Assembly: GCA_029856525.1 (NCBI GenBank)
Contig: JAHQXC010000056.1
Span: 1 to 8,723 of the forward strand
DNA: 8,723 bases
Reading direction: 5' to 3'
Origin: Candidatus Odinarchaeia archaeon
Lineage (GTDB): Archaea > Asgardarchaeota > Odinarchaeia > Odinarchaeales > Odinarchaeaceae
The position numbers and the translations under genes were made by a program. Below are positions 6,814 to 8,723 of this stretch, in pieces; within the stretch, counting starts at the first letter, position 1, and each line of letters opens with the position of its first letter. The notes beneath the pieces were generated by a model that did not search any database, was not told the DNA's origin, and worked only from the letters and a program-made list of their open reading frames with translations.

Positions 6814-7784
6814 TGTCTTATAACAAATTCGGCGATATCCACTGAGTAGTCGGATATCCGTTCTATGCCGTCTAGTATTGAATCAATTTTAACTCTTATA
6901 TCAGACTCCTCTTTCATTAACTCGTTATTTACATTTTCAATTATGTCTGTTAAAGTTTTCCTTTTATCCATAACGTTGATCGCTAAAATTAAGTCTTCTT
7001 TTAAAAGAGCCTGCATCGCTTTATCTTGCAATTCACTTATATGCTGGCTGAGATTAATAATATACTGTTGCATCATATTTGACAGTTTGTTATTTGCTAG
7101 CTCTAAAGTTATACGCGCGATCTTCACTGCAGCATCCCCTATATTCTCTAAGCTTTTAACAACCATCCTATAGTCAAGACATTTAATCGGTGTAACTCCG
7201 ATTTTATCCGCGAGTCTAGGATCTTGGAGAGCTGATCTAATCTCTCTGACGAAAAGAAAATAGAGTTTGTCCACTTCGTCATCTCTTTCAATCACGTTTT
7301 TAGCTAGTTCGAAATCTCTCTCTATAAACGATTTTATAGCCTCTTCATGCATTCTTAAAGTTAATAGGTGAATTCTTCGAAGTGTTTTATCTATTGGAAC
7401 TATATCAGGGGATATTAAACAGTTTAAGATAATTTCGTTAGCGCTCTCCTCGACTATCTCAATGCCGATTAACCGCTCTTTAGTTTTAATTATAGTGTCT
7501 CGAAGCTCCGAGCTTATTCTATTAGCAGATTTTATTTTTATTATATCATAACCGCTAAGATACTTCGCGGTTATATCTATTGCTATATTACTATTAGGAG
7601 TGATCACAGCTTCTCTATGAACCTCTCTCTCATCATACCGGGGGTCTAAAACAATCGTCCCATCCTTTTTTTCTATTAAAGCAAGATGATCGCCTTGTTT
7701 TAACCCCAAACGGCTTACCCATTCTTTTGGAAGAGATATAAGATAGGTGTTGCCCCCGGTTTTTTGTATTTTCCTAACTTCCAT
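6810..7784 (-). CDS. phoU: Archaeal phosphate-uptake regulator: AbrB/SpoVT DNA-binding domain plus PhoU repeats
   Basis: N-terminal RKIQKTGGNTYLISLPKEWVSRLGLKQGD (AbrB type). PhoU motifs VIERDDEVDKLY, LENIGDAA and ERISDY. SD-like AGGTG at 7797-7793. Its stop overlaps the convergent DUF2070 stop by 4 nt. Confidence 0.88.
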   Translation of the reverse strand: MEVRKIQKTGGNTYLISLPKEWVSRLGLKQGDHLALIEKKDGTIVLDPRYDEREVHREAVITPNSNIAIDITAKYLSGYDIIKIKSANRISSELRDTIIKTKERLIGIEIVEESANEIILNCLISPDIVPIDKTLRRIHLLTLRMHEEAIKSFIERDFELAKNVIERDDEVDKLYFLFVREIRSALQDPRLADKIGVTPIKCLDYRMVVKSLENIGDAAVKIARITLELANNKLSNMMQQYIINLSQHISELQDKAMQALLKEDLILAINVMDKRKTLTDIIENVNNELMKEESDIRVKIDSILDGIERISDYSVDIAEFVIRH

Positions 7785-7893
7785 AGTATATACACCTATG
7801 TAGATGTAATTATTTTTTATGAATATTCTATTTTCTATTTAAGAATTATAACTCTTATATTTGCGTAATATTTTAAAAGGGTAAAAAACTAAA

Positions 7894-7902
7894 TTTTTAA
7901 AA
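7894..7902 (+). promoter_or_regulatory. Candidate TATA box of tRNA-Leu(UAA)
   Basis: TTTTTAAAA lies 34 to 26 nt upstream of the mature 5' end (7928) and is preceded by an A-rich BRE-like stretch. Confidence 0.5.
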
Positions 7903-7960
7903 CAGTTAAACTATAGTTTAAAATAGTGCGAGGGTACCCGAGCCAGGTCAAAGGGGCGGG

Positions 7961-7983
7961 TGTAGTCGTTAGACTATCGCCAG
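7961..7983 (+). other. BHB tRNA intron (23 nt, position 30/31 in the anticodon stem)
   Basis: Central helix GGCG/CGCC, bulges GG^T and AG^A, intron hairpin GTAGTC-GTTA-GACTAT, 3-bp outer helix (AGG/CTT). Confidence 0.9.
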
Positions 7984-8004
7984 ACTTAAGATCCCGTAGC
8001 GTAG

Positions 8005-8029
8005 AAGAAGCTTAAACAGCTCTGCGCAG
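8005..8029 (+). other. BHB-type tRNA intron (25 nt, variable-arm loop)
   Basis: Central helix GCGT/GCGC, bulges AG^A and AG^G, intron helix AGA(A)GCT-TAAAC-AGCTCT. Confidence 0.85.
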
Positions 8030-8076
8030 GCTTACGAGGGTTCAAATCCCTCCCCTCGCACCTTTACATCCCTCAA

Positions 8077-8082
8077 TTTTTT
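8077..8082 (+). terminator. Oligo-T terminator candidate of tRNA-Leu(UAA)
   Basis: T6 run within a T-rich tract 17 nt after the discriminator base. Confidence 0.5.
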
Positions 8083-8115
8083 AATTTAATTTTAATTACT
8101 TGGTAGATTTTAGCA

Positions 8116-8212
8116 GGGTTTCAACAGTAGAAAGATTTAGTACAAAGTGATACAGTCTATGTATGGATAAAATGAAGCCGACCGCAACTTGAACGCTGCA
8201 ATAAATCTGGCT
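8116..8212 (+). pseudogene. Degenerate fragment of a tnpB-like 3' end (IS200/IS605/IS607 family)
   Basis: One frame (8116-8166) reads GFQQ*KDLVQSDTVYVW. A +1-shifted frame (8174-8212) reads EADRNLNAAINLA. Together they resemble the TnpB C-terminal pattern CG...K.L.LSDR.Y.C..CG...DRD.NAA.NI. It has a stop and a frameshift and no Zn-finger cysteines. Recognised by eye only. Confidence 0.55.
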
Positions 8213-8469
8213 TTCATCCCGCCGATAAAGTTAAACTCAATACGGATTGTATATAATTTTTATCTAATATAATAGACAAAATGTCATTTATTTACAATAA
8301 TTAATGAATATACAATAAATACCATAATTATTATTAAATAACATAATTAGATTATAAAAAACAAACACTACACAAAATGCTTTTTTTAAAAAAAGGAAAA
8401 AATAGAAATAATTAAATTGAGATTTTTATTTTAATTAAAAAAGAGGTGCAATATTAAAAAGATACATTT

Positions 8470-8700
8470 TTACTTTTTATAGCACACGTTGGCAGTTATA
8501 AGAACTAATATAGCCACTAAAAGATCAGTTACATGAAATAGGAGCTGATTAAGCGCACCAATCGCTGAATTCACATCTCCAAAACCGGAGAACATAACAT
8601 AATCGCCAACAGTAATAACCACCGCTATGAGCTTCCACAAAATAATAGCTGCTGACATCCCCACTACCAGAACCATTCCAACATCACGCGCCCTCACCAA
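8470..8700 (-). CDS. Small membrane protein (2 TM segments), function unknown
   Basis: TTG start 7 nt downstream of a strong SD AAGGAGG (8714-8708). Two hydrophobic segments are joined by a short loop. Confidence 0.68.
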   Translation of the reverse strand: MVRARDVGMVLVVGMSAAIILWKLIAVVITVGDYVMFSGFGDVNSAIGALNQLLFHVTDLLVAILVLITANVCYKK

Positions 8701-8723
8701 TTCAAAGCCTCCTTAACCCCAAA

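Larger units (their letters stand above)
7928..8060 (+). tRNA. tRNA-Leu(UAA) with two non-canonical introns (30/31 and variable-arm loop); CCA not fully encoded
   Basis: Acceptor stem GCGAGGG/CCCTCGC, A73, followed by CCT. Anticodon stem CGGGA/TCCCG after splicing, with TAA at 7987-7989. T arm GAGGG-TTCAAAT-CCCTC. Removing 23 and 25 nt gives 85 nt with variable arm T-AGC-GTAG-GCT-TAC. Confidence 0.93.

Noticed and set aside
6174-7173. ORFs 6174..6374 (-) and 6865..7173 (+)
   Set aside because: Antisense shadows of the DUF2070 and phoU genes.
8443-8448. SD-like GAGGTG on the plus strand
   Set aside because: No suitably spaced start codon or ORF follows.
8240-8469. AT-rich gap as a replication origin
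   Set aside because: No ORB or mini-ORB motifs are seen and there is no cdc6/orc1 gene in the window.
1-8723. CRISPR array, intact transposase or integrase, split tRNA halves, selenoprotein recoding
   Set aside because: There are no regularly spaced repeats and no such ORFs. All three tRNAs are complete in cis, and the Msr and Por frames contain no in-frame TGA.

Overview
Archaeal chromosomal window (TATA-type promoters, oligo-T terminators, BHB-type tRNA introns). The host lineage cannot be fixed from the sequence alone. Protein genes: the 3' part of a porA-like gene and a complete porB-like gene (2-oxoacid:ferredoxin oxidoreductase), an RHH-domain regulator, a small membrane protein, a PRC-barrel protein with a helical tail, an MsrB-MsrA fusion, a small HExxH zincin, a DUF2070 membrane protein, an AbrB-PhoU regulator and a second small membrane protein. 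The most notable content is outside the ORF track. Three tRNA genes (Thr-GGU, Leu-GAG, Leu-UAA) carry five bulge-helix-bulge introns in total, four at non-canonical positions. All five could be folded and spliced by hand to give normal cloverleaves. Two introns sit at the same register in different tRNAs and look related. Just 3' of tRNA-Leu(UAA) there appears to be a decayed tnpB-like 3' end (IS200/IS605/IS607 type) with a hairpin, followed by a very AT-rich stretch. No complete novel multi-gene system is supported. All assignments come from motif recognition and manual folding, without database searches.
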